Below are positions 1-9,506 of a stretch of 64,000 nt of DNA, piece by piece; position 1 is the first letter of the stretch, and each line of letters starts with the position of its first letter. Where the stretch lies: assembly GCA_029547025.1 (NCBI GenBank), contig JAKPQA010000101.1, positions 8,705 through 72,704 on the forward strand, read 5' to 3'. The stretch comes from Armatimonadota bacterium (lineage in GTDB: Bacteria; Armatimonadota; Zipacnadia; UBA1398; JAKPQA01). Both the position numbers and the translations under genes were made by a program. The notes beneath the pieces are model-generated. The model was not told the origin of the DNA. It saw nothing but the letters and a program-made list of their open reading frames with translations, and ran no database searches.

Positions 1-1
1 G

Positions 2-231
2 TACTGGCGAAAGGCTCCCGGGGAGTACGACGACACCCTGCGGGCGCAGGTCAATGCCCGGCGCGTGTACTGGGCGTCGCGGCTGCCCATTCCGGGCGGC
101 GTGGCATTCGAGAACTTCGAGCTCGTCGAGCGGTTCGTGCCCGGCCGCGCCTCCGTCTTCGGACTGACGCCACGGGCGCCATGCGAGCTGTACGCGGCCG
201 CAGAGCAGCGCACCCGCAGGGAAACCCCATG
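2..231 (+). CDS. 3' end of an unidentified CDS that enters the window from upstream (C-terminal about 76 aa, stop TGA at 229-231)
   Basis: Frame 2 is open from base 2 to the TGA at 229-231. Translation is YWRKAPGEYDDTLRAQVNARRVYWASRLPIPGGVAFENFELVERFVPGRASVFGLTPRAPCELYAAAEQRTRRETP. Third-codon positions are strongly G/C, as in the real genes of this window. There is no start in the window and no family was recognised. Confidence 0.3.
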
Positions 232-278
232 AGGCACAGGCACGGCCGCGCGTTCCCCAGCCGGCAGCGAGTACGCGC

Positions 279-307
279 TTGCCATGCGCGACGGTGTGTG
301 CTATGAT
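279..307 (+). promoter_or_regulatory. sigma70-like promoter: -35 TTGCCA (279-284), 17-nt spacer, -10 TATGAT (302-307) with TGc extended -10. It is followed by an approximately 240-nt leader upstream of rarA.
   Basis: Read directly: cTTGCCAtgcgcgacggtgtgtgcTATGATcc. It sits in the only sizeable non-coding stretch upstream of the rarA start (549). The leader contains a GC hairpin gggctgc-agcgtg-gcagccc followed by cttcggggg. Confidence 0.4.
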
Positions 308-548
308 CCGCCCTGTAGTGATGCACTTGCCGAGCGCATTTGACGCCCTGCCGTGCTCGTGATGTCTTTCAGAGTGTTTCGAGCCAACACCCAAGTGGCA
401 GGGGTTTCACATTGGGCTGCAGCGTGGCAGCCCCTTCGGGGGAATCGCAAAGCAGCCTCGAGGAACCCCACTTTGCTTTTGGGTTCGAAATAACCTGGGC
501 ACACGGCATGTGCGGGGCGTTCTGTCGGTTCGCCCCTGAGGCGATGCC

Positions 549-1865
549 ATGGACCTCTTCTCCGCAGCCCAAGACGCCGACGCCCACGCGCCACTGGCCG
601 CTCGCATGAGGCCGCGGACCCTCGACGAATACGTGGGCCAACAGCACCTCGTCGGCCCGGGCGGCGCCGTCCGGCGCGCCATCGAGACCGGCGTGTTCCC
701 CTCCATGATCCTTCACGGACCCGCCGGATGCGGGAAGACCTGCCTTGCTCGAATCTGCGCCGAGGCCTCCGGCCACGTGTTCCTCGAGTTCTCCGCAGTC
801 TCGTCCGGCGTCGCCGCCATCCGCGACGCCGCCGACAAGGCCCGCGACATGCGGCGCTTCCACGGCCGGCGAACCATTTTGTTCGTCGACGAGATCCACC
901 GGCTCAATAAGGCCCAGCAGGACGCGTTCCTCCCCGTGGTCGAGGACGGTACCTTCATCCTGATCGGTGCGACGACCGAGAACCCTTACTTCGAGGTCAA
1001 CGCGCCCCTGATCTCGCGCTCCACCGTGCTTCGACTCGAGGCTCTCGCCGTCGAGGACATCCGAGGGCTTCTGGAGCGAGCTCTGGCTGACGCCGAGCGC
1101 GGGCTGGGGGCGAACCCGGTCCACGTCGACGATGATGCCATGGACCATCTGGTGCTCCTATCCAACGGTGACGCCCGCCGCGCACTCAATGCCCTGGAGC
1201 AGGCCGCCATGACGGCTACTCTCGTCGACGGCGAGCGGCACGTGGACCTCGAGTGCGCGCGGGCCGCGACGCAGGCCCGGGCCCTAACCTACGACAAGAC
1301 CGGCGATCAGCATTACGACGTCATCTCGGCCTTCATCAAGAGCATGAGGGGCTCCGATCCCGACGCCGCCGTCTACTGGCTGGCGCGGATGCTCGCGGCA
1401 GGCGAGGACCCCCTCTTCATCGCGCGCCGCATCGTCATCTGCGCGTCCGAGGACGTCGGCAACGCCGATCCCATGGCCCTCGTCGTGGCCAATGCCGCGG
1501 CCCAGGCGGTTCAGTTCGTTGGGCTCCCCGAGGGACGGATCCCCCTCTCCCAGGCTGCCATCTACGTCGCCTGTGCCGAGAAGAGCAATGCGGCCTACCT
1601 CGCCATCGACCGCGCAACCGCTGACCTGCAGAAGCGTCCTCCTCTACCGGTGCCTCTCCACCTGCGCAACGCCTCCTTCGAGGCCCAGCGCCAGGCCGGC
1701 ATCAGCGTCGGATACCAGTATCCGCACGACTTCCCTCGCGGGTGGGTCGCCCAGAGCTACCTACCCGACGGCATGGAGGATGTGCGATACTACGAGCCAA
1801 CCGATCGCGGCCGTGAGGCCAGACTCGCAGAGCGCCTCCGGGCGCTCCGGGGCGATCGCGACTAG
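549..1865 (+). CDS. rarA: Replication-associated recombination protein A (RarA/MgsA), AAA+ ATPase
   Basis: 438-aa ORF. Walker A GPAGCGKT, Walker B ILFVDEIHR. MgsA-specific C-terminal tetramerisation region (YDVISAFIKSMRGSDPDAAVYWLARMLAAGEDPLFIARR). GAGG lies 8 nt upstream of the ATG. Confidence 0.9.
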   Translation: MDLFSAAQDADAHAPLAARMRPRTLDEYVGQQHLVGPGGAVRRAIETGVFPSMILHGPAGCGKTCLARICAEASGHVFLEFSAVSSGVAAIRDAADKARDMRRFHGRRTILFVDEIHRLNKAQQDAFLPVVEDGTFILIGATTENPYFEVNAPLISRSTVLRLEALAVEDIRGLLERALADAERGLGANPVHVDDDAMDHLVLLSNGDARRALNALEQAAMTATLVDGERHVDLECARAATQARALTYDKTGDQHYDVISAFIKSMRGSDPDAAVYWLARMLAAGEDPLFIARRIVICASEDVGNADPMALVVANAAAQAVQFVGLPEGRIPLSQAAIYVACAEKSNAAYLAIDRATADLQKRPPLPVPLHLRNASFEAQRQAGISVGYQYPHDFPRGWVAQSYLPDGMEDVRYYEPTDRGREARLAERLRALRGDRD

Positions 1866-1906
1866 CCGCGCGCCGGACGCATCACGCCCGGGAGCGGAGG
1901 AATGGC

Positions 1907-2830
1907 GTGCGCTGGATCTGGCAACGAAGATGGTGGGTCCTCGCCGCTCTCGTCATCGTCGCGCTCATCGTGCGCGCACAACTCCGGTCTGCCGCACACC
2001 AGGTCTCCACGGCTGAGGCCATCCGCGGAGCTCTCTACCTCGAGATCGCCGCCTCGGGACGCGTCGAGGCACCCGGGGCCGACCTCGGGTTCCGAGGCTC
2101 GGGGGAGCTCATTGGGCTCTACGTCGACGAGGGCCAGCGTGTGACCGCCTCCCAGCGCCTCGCCCGCATCGCGCGGTTCGATCCGCCCTCCGGTGGCGCC
2201 GACTCCGGCGACGTCATCCGCGCGCCCTACGACGGCCGCATCGTCGAGATCTATCAGCGAACGGGCGCCGTCGTCGCCGCCGGCAACCCCGTGCTCCGCA
2301 TCACCGCCGACCAGGGCGCGTGGGTCACCGCCTTCGTCAACAGCGAGGACGCCCTCTACCTCAACCGCGGCGACCACCTCCTGTGCCGCGTGGGGGGCTA
2401 TCTGTCCGAGCCATGGCCCATCACCGTCGAGGCCGTGGGGAGTGAGGCCGTCCAGCGGCGCGACCTCGTCGGCTCGGCGGCCCAGGTCCGGGTCCGGTGC
2501 CGCATCGACAGCCCCTCGAACACCCCACCGGCCGGAACCGAGGTCGATGTCGATGGCCGCGTGTGCCTACTGGCTGACGGGGTGCTCATCCCGGCCGCCG
2601 CCGTGGTCCATGACGGCCCCGAGGACCGCGTCTGGGTCGTCGAGACGGGCACTGCGCATCCACGGGCCGTGACTTTGGGGCGCAACAACTTCGACCAGAT
2701 CGAGATCCGCCACGGCATCGAGCCGGGCGAGATCGTCATCGTGCGCGGCAAGCCCGGCTTGACCGACGGCATGCGCGTCCGGGCGAAGCCCATGCCGCCC
2801 GAGGCGGAACAGGTGTCGGGGGGCGAGTAG
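1907..2830 (+). CDS. HlyD-family periplasmic adaptor (MacA-like membrane fusion protein) of an ABC efflux system
   Basis: 307 aa. N-terminal membrane anchor (WWVLAALVIVALIV), then a coiled-coil/beta-barrel adaptor-like sequence. GTG start with GGAGG upstream. Immediately followed by the ABC ATPase and FtsX permease genes. Confidence 0.75.
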   Translation: MRWIWQRRWWVLAALVIVALIVRAQLRSAAHQVSTAEAIRGALYLEIAASGRVEAPGADLGFRGSGELIGLYVDEGQRVTASQRLARIARFDPPSGGADSGDVIRAPYDGRIVEIYQRTGAVVAAGNPVLRITADQGAWVTAFVNSEDALYLNRGDHLLCRVGGYLSEPWPITVEAVGSEAVQRRDLVGSAAQVRVRCRIDSPSNTPPAGTEVDVDGRVCLLADGVLIPAAAVVHDGPEDRVWVVETGTAHPRAVTLGRNNFDQIEIRHGIEPGEIVIVRGKPGLTDGMRVRAKPMPPEAEQVSGGE

Positions 2831-2833
2831 CCG

Positions 2834-3556
2834 ATGAGCGCCCCCGGGACCGCGACGGGCTCAGCACTCACCGCCCGTGGCCTGTGGAAGCGCTACGCCA
2901 TGGGCGACGTGGTCGTCGAGGCCCTCCGCGGCGTCCATCTCGACCTGCCAGCCGGGCGGTTCGTCGTGCTGCTCGGCCCCAGCGGATCCGGAAAGACCAC
3001 GCTCTTGAACCTTGCCGGCGGGCTCGATGTGCCCTCTGAGGGCTCGCTCTGTGTCTGCGGCCACGAGCTCCACGGCATGAATGAAGCCCAGCTCACCGAG
3101 TTCCGCCGAACCACGGTTGGCTTCGTCTTCCAGCTGTTCAACCTGGTGCCGACCCTGACCGCGCTCGAAAACGTTCGCCTGGTCGCCCAGCTGGTCGGGC
3201 GCGACGACTATGCCCGGACCGTACTCGAGGCCGTGGGCCTGGCCGGCCAAGCCCATCACCTGCCATCACAGCTGAGCGGCGGCGAGCAGCAGCGCGTCGC
3301 CATCGCGCGCGCATTGGTCAAGCAGCCGCGACTGCTCTTGGCGGATGAGCCCACGGGGGCCCTCGACGCAGAAACCGGCCGCCGTGTGATCTCTCTGCTG
3401 TGGGAGCAGACCCGAGAGAGCGACATGACGGTGCTGATGGTGACCCACAACGAGGATCTGGCTGGCATGGGCGATCTCGTGGTGCGCCTCCGCAGCGGGG
3501 AGGTCGTCGAAGTCTCTGATGGGCCCGCGGCTCGGCTCAGGGAGGCGCCCCCGTGA
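2834..3556 (+). CDS. ABC transporter ATP-binding protein (MacB/LolD-type)
   Basis: 240 aa. Walker A GPSGSGKTT, ABC signature LSGGEQQRVAIARAL, Walker B LLLADEPTGALD, H-loop VTHN. Start is 4 nt after the adaptor stop. Confidence 0.9.
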   Translation: MSAPGTATGSALTARGLWKRYAMGDVVVEALRGVHLDLPAGRFVVLLGPSGSGKTTLLNLAGGLDVPSEGSLCVCGHELHGMNEAQLTEFRRTTVGFVFQLFNLVPTLTALENVRLVAQLVGRDDYARTVLEAVGLAGQAHHLPSQLSGGEQQRVAIARALVKQPRLLLADEPTGALDAETGRRVISLLWEQTRESDMTVLMVTHNEDLAGMGDLVVRLRSGEVVEVSDGPAARLREAPP

Positions 3557-5955
3557 GCGGCAACGTCCCGCCGCGCGTGCCGATGCTCGCGCGCAAGATC
3601 GTGGCTGACACCCGCTACCTGGGTCGGAGAGCCCTCGGCCTCGTGGTGCTCATGGGCTTGGGCTCCATGCTGTTCACGGGGCTGTACCAGTCATACCAGA
3701 ACCTGACGACAAGCTACGGCTACGTCTACCGTGTGGGTCGCTTCGCCGATGCATCCGTTCTGGTGGACTCGGCCCCCGAGGGACTCGTGCGCGCCGCCGA
3801 GGGCATCCCCCACGTCCTCAGCGCCATCGGCCGTCCGGCGCGCGACGGTGCCATCAAGCAACCCGGCCGACCCCACGAGAGGGCCATGGGCCGGTTCATC
3901 GGAGTGCCCCGCGGCCGCCGGCCCAAGATCAACGACCTGCTGTTGACCGAGGGCCGCTACATCCGCGGGGTCGACGAGGCGGTACTCGAGCAGCAGTTCG
4001 CCCAGGCGAACGACTACGAGTTGGGTGACCGCATCCAGGGCGTCTATCGTGCAACCGAGCGGGAGTTCACCATCGTTGGCTTCGCGACCAGCCCCGAGTA
4101 CCTCTATCCCGTCCCCTCCGAGGAGATGTCCCTGGCCATGCCGGGAACCTTCGGCGTGCTCTTCATCGACGATGACCGGGCCCGCGAGTGGTTCGGGCTT
4201 GGGCGCAGAATCACCGAGATCCATTGTCGCACCGACCCCGGACACCAGCGCGAGGTGCTGGCCAAGCTCAAGGGCCTGGCCAACCCCTACGGCCTCCAAA
4301 CGGGCTACATCCAGGACGACCAGCCCAGCAAGAAGCTGCTGACCATGGACCAGCAAGGACTGGCCACGCTCAGCGTGTTCTTCCCCGTGCTGTTCCTGGG
4401 GGCTTCGGTCCTCTTCCTCTACAGCTCACTCTCCCGCATCGTCCGCATGCAGCTGAGCGTCATCGGCACCCTCAAAGCCTTGGGGTTCGGGAACAGGGCC
4501 CTACTGGCGCAGTATGTGGCCCAGGGCCTGCTGATCAGCTGGGCGGGCGCTCTCCCGGGCGCGCTGCTGGGCCATGGGCTGTCCATCCTCCTGGCCGAGG
4601 CCTACGCCGATTCGCTCAACCTGAGCATCGTGAAAGCGCCGTTCCACTGGGACACCCTCGGTGCCTCGCTCGCGCTGGCCGGGCTCACCGGCCTCGCCGG
4701 TGCCCTCGGGCCGGCTCGCGCCGCCGCGCGCCTCCGCCCGGCGGTTGCCATGCGGGGCGATGTTGAGCCCGACGGTCCTCGCGGCCGCCGCAACCGGCTG
4801 ATGGAAGCGACCCGTTGCCTACCGGTCGCCTACCGCATCCCGGTACGCGGATTGTTCCGCCGCGTCTCACGCACGCTGCTGGCCGTGGCAGGCATCTCGG
4901 GAGGTGCCACCATCACGCTGACGACCCTGGGCATGGGCGTATCGACTCTCGATGCCATCGATGAGGCCCTCAATCGCACCCGCTTGGTCGAGCTCGACGT
5001 CGGCTACGCCACTTTGGGGCCCGGTGCTATAGCCACGGCCATCTCTGGCCTGCCAGGGACCCGTGCCGTCAGTCACACCGTGAGCCTGCCGGTCCGACTG
5101 CGGTCCGCTTCCGGTGAGGGCAAGGTGCTGCTGATGGGCGTCGAGCCCGGGCAGGACATGCTCCGCATCACGGCTGCGGGGGGCGGCCGGATGGTGCCCC
5201 GCAAGGGTCAGATCTGGCTCCCGAGGCGTCTCGGCGAACGCTTGGCCGTGGACCCGGGCGATCCACTCCGAGTCCAGTGGACGGGGGCCAGCCGCCGGCG
5301 GCCCGATGGCCGCACGCTCCGCGTCGCCGGGTTCATCGACCTCGCCATCGGCGGCGTGGCCTATGGGCACTACGAGGACATCCGGCGCGGCCTGGCCGAC
5401 CGCGTCTACCCCTATAGCTCCTATGGGTCTATGGTCGACTGCGTGCCAGGCGCTGTCTCGCCTCTGCGACACCGCCTCGAGCGCAGTGACGACGTCGCCA
5501 TCGTCTATACCCGCCGGGACTTCCAGCAGCAGGTCAACCAGCAGATGGGCATATTCTACATCTTCATGGCCGTGTTGCTCGGCTTCGGTGCCGTGCTCTC
5601 GGGGTGCGCCATCCAGAGCGTCGCGTCGGTCTCGCTCCTCGAACGGACCCGCGAGCTCGCCACACTGCGCAGCCTGGGCTTCTCGGCCCGGGCGACCGCC
5701 GGCCTGGCTGCCCTCGAGCTCTACGCACTGGCGGCCCTCGGGCTGGTCGTGGGCCTCCCCATCGGCGCTCACCTCAACGCGCTCTACATCCAGAGCTACT
5801 CCACCGACACCATGACCTTCCATCCCCTGCTCCCACCCTGGACCTACGTCACCACGGCCGCCCTGGTGTTCGGGCTCGTCGCGTGGGTGTCCAGGGCAGG
5901 CAGGCGCTACCTCCGCGACCTGGACCTGGCCCAGGCGACGAAGATCCGGGAGTAG
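3553..5955 (+). CDS. FtsX-like ABC transporter permease, duplicated (about 800 aa, two FtsX/MacB-type permease halves)
   Basis: 800 aa. The GTG start overlaps the ATPase stop (GTGA). Hydrophobic FtsX-like C-terminal segments occur twice (about aa 270-400 and 680-800), separated by a large extracytoplasmic region. Confidence 0.8.
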   Translation: MSGNVPPRVPMLARKIVADTRYLGRRALGLVVLMGLGSMLFTGLYQSYQNLTTSYGYVYRVGRFADASVLVDSAPEGLVRAAEGIPHVLSAIGRPARDGAIKQPGRPHERAMGRFIGVPRGRRPKINDLLLTEGRYIRGVDEAVLEQQFAQANDYELGDRIQGVYRATEREFTIVGFATSPEYLYPVPSEEMSLAMPGTFGVLFIDDDRAREWFGLGRRITEIHCRTDPGHQREVLAKLKGLANPYGLQTGYIQDDQPSKKLLTMDQQGLATLSVFFPVLFLGASVLFLYSSLSRIVRMQLSVIGTLKALGFGNRALLAQYVAQGLLISWAGALPGALLGHGLSILLAEAYADSLNLSIVKAPFHWDTLGASLALAGLTGLAGALGPARAAARLRPAVAMRGDVEPDGPRGRRNRLMEATRCLPVAYRIPVRGLFRRVSRTLLAVAGISGGATITLTTLGMGVSTLDAIDEALNRTRLVELDVGYATLGPGAIATAISGLPGTRAVSHTVSLPVRLRSASGEGKVLLMGVEPGQDMLRITAAGGGRMVPRKGQIWLPRRLGERLAVDPGDPLRVQWTGASRRRPDGRTLRVAGFIDLAIGGVAYGHYEDIRRGLADRVYPYSSYGSMVDCVPGAVSPLRHRLERSDDVAIVYTRRDFQQQVNQQMGIFYIFMAVLLGFGAVLSGCAIQSVASVSLLERTRELATLRSLGFSARATAGLAALELYALAALGLVVGLPIGAHLNALYIQSYSTDTMTFHPLLPPWTYVTTAALVFGLVAWVSRAGRRYLRDLDLAQATKIRE

Positions 5956-5972
5956 GCACCGGCCCCGGGGGA

Positions 5973-6905
5973 TCAGTCCGTTCGCAGCCAGACCTGCCAC
6001 ACGGGCAGTTCGGCCACCGGCCGGAAGCCGCGCTTGTGCTGGGCCAGGCCGGGACGGTCGAGGTGGCTGCCGTCGTTGACGAGGCCGCGGCCCCGCCAGC
6101 GGCTCAGACTGTCCCAGCGGACATACGTCGACAGCCGCGGCACACTCGGCAGCGTCTTCAGGCAGAAGAAGCACACACACCCGGGGCGGATGTCACCTCC
6201 GACGCTCAGCGCGGCGGTACGGCCGTCGACCTCGTAGAGCCAGGCTTCGAACAGGGGCGGCTCGAGCTCGCCCAGCAGCGTCAGTGCGCCGCGGGTGTAG
6301 CCCATATCCCCAATGGGCCTGATGGCCTCGGACCGTGCCTCGAACCAGGCTTGGAGTAGCTCCCGGCATGTGGGCAGATCCTCGCGCCCCGCGGGCCGGA
6401 CCGCGACGGCGTGCTCGCGACGGACCCGCGCCACGCGCTTGCGCACATTACGGTAGGCGCTGGACTCCAGCGCCGCTACCCGGTCGGGATCGTAGACCAG
6501 GTCGGGAGCCTGGTCTACGGGATCGCCGTCGGCCACCGACCGCGCCCATGTGATGTCGGCCTCGTCGCACCACATGATGCGGTGCCGGGCTTGCGGGGCC
6601 AGTGCGTGCGCCGCCCGGCGCGCAACGGCGAGAGCCGCGTCCGACACCGGCAATGGAGGCACCACGAGATCGCAGGTCTCCCGCCGCCGCCGGTTGCGGT
6701 AAACAAGCATCACCAGCGATCCGTCCACCTCGCCAGTGAACACGCGGCGTTGGGTCGATCGCTCCAAGCCGAGGAGGAATGGAGTGTAGTAATACCATAG
6801 ACTCTTGCCGTGCCGTGCCGCCGCCCGGGCGAAACGCTGCGCCCCATCGCGATCGAGCGGTGACAGGCCGAACTCGGCGGCGCGGCCCTCAACCCCGAGG
6901 TACAT
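5973..6905 (-). CDS. Standalone DUF2156-like protein (similar to the C-terminal aminoacyl-transferase domain of lysyl-phosphatidylglycerol synthase MprF; GNAT-type fold). Family assignment is tentative.
   Basis: 310-325-aa ORF at the 3' end of the bpsA-speH operon. Its start overlaps the speH 3' end. No flippase or transmembrane domain is present. Sequence character (SLWYYYTPFLLG ... tandem acyltransferase-like halves) recalls DUF2156, but this was not verified by search. The start is ambiguous (M at 6950 or 6905). Confidence 0.45.
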   Translation of the reverse strand: MYLGVEGRAAEFGLSPLDRDGAQRFARAAARHGKSLWYYYTPFLLGLERSTQRRVFTGEVDGSLVMLVYRNRRRRETCDLVVPPLPVSDAALAVARRAAHALAPQARHRIMWCDEADITWARSVADGDPVDQAPDLVYDPDRVAALESSAYRNVRKRVARVRREHAVAVRPAGREDLPTCRELLQAWFEARSEAIRPIGDMGYTRGALTLLGELEPPLFEAWLYEVDGRTAALSVGGDIRPGCVCFFCLKTLPSVPRLSTYVRWDSLSRWRGRGLVNDGSHLDRPGLAQHKRGFRPVAELPVWQVWLRTD

Positions 6906-7221
6906 CGCGGACCTGCTCCCGCACGGGGTTGAGAACACGACGGCTCGCATCGAGGATTCGCTCCACGTCGGCGCTGCCGCACGTGTATATGTCCAGAGAC
7001 AGCAGCTTCTCCTCGACGAACGAATGGTAGCTCACGTGCGACTCGGCCAGGAGGAAACAGCCGGAGATGCCGTGGGGCTCGAACTGGTGGAATAGCTCCC
7101 CAAGAATCGTGGCGCCTGACTTATCAATTCCAGAACGCAGCGCCGTGCGCAGCGGTTCCTCGAACCGGAGTGGTTCGACGTCCCGTACCCACAAATCCGC
7201 CACCAGATGACGCCGGGTCAT
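6889..7221 (-). CDS. speH: S-adenosylmethionine decarboxylase proenzyme, small pyruvoyl-dependent SpeH/SpeD archaeal-bacterial type
   Basis: 110 aa. The self-processing site motif FLLAESHVSYHSF (Glu-Ser cleavage generating pyruvoyl) matches class 1b AdoMetDC. The start overlaps the bpsA stop (ATGA). Confidence 0.85.
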   Translation of the reverse strand: MTRRHLVADLWVRDVEPLRFEEPLRTALRSGIDKSGATILGELFHQFEPHGISGCFLLAESHVSYHSFVEEKLLSLDIYTCGSADVERILDASRRVLNPVREQVRDVPRG

Positions 7222-8357
7222 GGCTTCGGCTTCTTCCGTCTCGATCCGCGCTTCGCGCCGCCGGAGCCCGATGAGGTTGCGCCGGCCCGGGACCGGCCTC
7301 CTGTCGACGGCTGCCGAGGTCCGGCCATCTTCCGCTCCTGATCGGCCGTGTAGAGGCTGCCCTCATAGGCTCCGGCGACCAAGGGCCGCGTCGCGTCGCT
7401 CGTCGCCAGCTCGATCATCTGGCTCGTGTTGCCAAGGATCGCGGCCCCCTCATACTCGTTGAAGCGAGGCAGCACCCGTACCACGGCCAGGCCCATCTGC
7501 GCCAAGTGTAGGTGAACCCGAGCCATCGTGCCAGGATCCTTGTGGCCGAACGACAGCAGCCCCGTGCGCAAGGGACCAGACCGCAGGGCCGCCACGCCGC
7601 GCGAGACGAACAGCGCCGCCCCAGGCACCGTATAGGGCGGGTCGGTCACGAACCCGTCGAAACGGGCCACCAGGTGGGCCGGCAGCGGTTGCCGGAGGTC
7701 TGCGGCGTGGACTTCGACCCCCACGCCCAGCCGTTTGGCCGTGACGCGAATGAACTCGCACAGCCGAGGATCGACCTCCGCAACGGCTAGACGCCCTCGA
7801 TCGCCCAGTCCCAGGTGCCTTCGGGCCAACGCGGCCGCGATGGATGTCAGGTCGTCGTCACCCAGGAAGAGGATGTCGCGCCCCGCAAGCAGCCCCGTCT
7901 CCGACAGCAGGAGCGCTCGCCGCAGCGCGGTCTCAGGCGTACCATGCGACTGGTCCAGCTTCACGTCGGCCGACGGCCGGCCAGCCAACGCGTCTCGCAT
8001 CGCCTCGAGCAGCGACGCGTGCTCTGCCCCCACAGCGATGGTCCGGCCTCCACACGTGGTGCAGGTCTGGTCTGCCGTGACCGCTATGCCGAGATCGCCC
8101 TCGGCCAACCGCCTCCCGGACTCGGAGAGCCGCATCCCGGCGTCGCGAGTGAGCAGCCCTCGCTTCTCCATCTCTCGCCGGACCGCCGCCGCCACGGGGA
8201 GCGGCAGACGCACCTGGATGGCGGCATCACGCAGCCGGATGGGCCCTTGCGCGTGGACCACGCGGAGCAGCGCCCGCACCCCCTCGGCACCCTCGCGCAG
8301 CCGAGCCGCCTCTGCCACCTCTTGCAGCACGTCGCCCGCCACCGAACCGTCTCCCAT
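7218..8357 (-). CDS. bpsA: N4-bis(aminopropyl)spermidine synthase-like aminopropyltransferase (BpsA/DUF43 family), branched-chain polyamine synthase
   Basis: 379-423-aa ORF, depending on the start (ATG 8357 or GTG 8489). It contains the GDDDLTS and DPPYT motifs recalled from DUF43/BpsA. It is co-operonic with speH, the standard aminopropyl-donor supply pairing. It has a C-terminal Lys/Arg-rich tail. Confidence 0.65.
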   Translation of the reverse strand: MGDGSVAGDVLQEVAEAARLREGAEGVRALLRVVHAQGPIRLRDAAIQVRLPLPVAAAVRREMEKRGLLTRDAGMRLSESGRRLAEGDLGIAVTADQTCTTCGGRTIAVGAEHASLLEAMRDALAGRPSADVKLDQSHGTPETALRRALLLSETGLLAGRDILFLGDDDLTSIAAALARRHLGLGDRGRLAVAEVDPRLCEFIRVTAKRLGVGVEVHAADLRQPLPAHLVARFDGFVTDPPYTVPGAALFVSRGVAALRSGPLRTGLLSFGHKDPGTMARVHLHLAQMGLAVVRVLPRFNEYEGAAILGNTSQMIELATSDATRPLVAGAYEGSLYTADQERKMAGPRQPSTGGRSRAGATSSGSGGAKRGSRRKKPKP

Positions 8358-8612
8358 CCGTCGCACGGTGTGGCGGCAAGGGTACACCAGAATGGCCGCC
8401 TCCGTCGCGCCTCCGCTGGCCGGGAGCCGCCACCCCTTATGGGTCCTGCCCCTCTGCCCGCCAGCCCGGAAGCCCTGGCTGCGAGGCACGCGGAGGGACG
8501 CCCACGGCTTCTCTCACCCCAAGACCCCAAGCGAACCGAGGCCCGGTCCGCCCCCGAGGGGGCGGACCGGGCCCATCCGATGCGGCCCTGCATCAGCGGG
8601 CAGGCCGGTCGG

Positions 8613-9359
8613 CTAACGGAGCGAGAAGGTGCAGCTCGACGAGGCGGGGCCGAAGTGACCCGCCACCAGAGCGGTCCCTCGTGTCGAACCGGATCGGATG
8701 ACCGCGTGCCGCACGTTGGTGACGTCCAACGTCAGCTCGGCGCCGGTCCTGGTCTCGAGTACCCACGCCAGGCTCGACCCGGCAGCAGGAACGCTCCCGC
8801 TGGCCACGTTGGCCACCACATCCGACGACTCACCCGGCGAGACGATTGTATCGTTGGCCTCGAGCCGTATGGCGCCGTCGTCGGGCGACCCGTTGGGGCC
8901 CATCACGCCGAGCACCAGCACATCCGCCGCTGGGTCCGTTCGCGCGGCCGTCACCGTCAGCGGCGACAGGTCCGATCTGCCAAACGGAGGCCAGACGGTG
9001 AGCGAGAACGATCCGAGAGGTACCCCCACGAACTGCGCGACACCCGCACCGTCGGTCACCGCCCACAGCGAGCGGCCACTAGCGAGCTTGAGCTGGGCCC
9101 AGCACCAAGCCGCCGGCGACGCCACAACGCTCGCGCTGCGAGAGCCCGCGCCGTCGGTGCCCGACTTCGGGAGGGAGTACGCCTCAAGCTGAACGCCCGT
9201 CCCGCCCGGGATGCTGCCGCCAGTCAGGCGCGTCGATGCGCCCGGGTCGGATGTTCCAACCACTCCGAGCGAGTCGCCCGCTCCGCAGCCGGCAACCAGC
9301 CCCAGTACCACCACCACCGCAGTCCCTGCGAGAGCCCCAACCCACCGCGCGCGTCTCAT
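8613..9359 (-). CDS. Secreted lipoprotein, unknown function
   Basis: Start moved to the internal ATG at 9359 (GGAGG 5-10 nt upstream). Signal peptide MRRARWVGALAGTAVVVVLGLVAGC with lipobox LVAGC. Ser/Thr/Gly-rich beta-rich body. Confidence 0.6.
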   Translation of the reverse strand: MRRARWVGALAGTAVVVVLGLVAGCGAGDSLGVVGTSDPGASTRLTGGSIPGGTGVQLEAYSLPKSGTDGAGSRSASVVASPAAWCWAQLKLASGRSLWAVTDGAGVAQFVGVPLGSFSLTVWPPFGRSDLSPLTVTAARTDPAADVLVLGVMGPNGSPDDGAIRLEANDTIVSPGESSDVVANVASGSVPAAGSSLAWVLETRTGAELTLDVTNVRHAVIRSGSTRGTALVAGHFGPASSSCTFSLR

Positions 9360-9506
9360 TCCTGCCTCCGCCCCCCGGTACCGCAGGCGCCGTCTCCGGC
9401 GCCATCCCGCCCCGCATCGGCGCCTCATCGCGGGGCACAGCCCGCCGCACCGATGGCCGCTCGTATTGGCTGTGTTCCGTACTCGTACGCTGTCTGTGGC
9501 CCACCC

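Noticed and set aside
481-500. GGTTCGAA T-loop-like motif, possible tRNA
   Set aside because: No complementary T-stem, acceptor stem or anticodon arm could be formed from the flanking sequence. It is probably a chance match inside the rarA leader.
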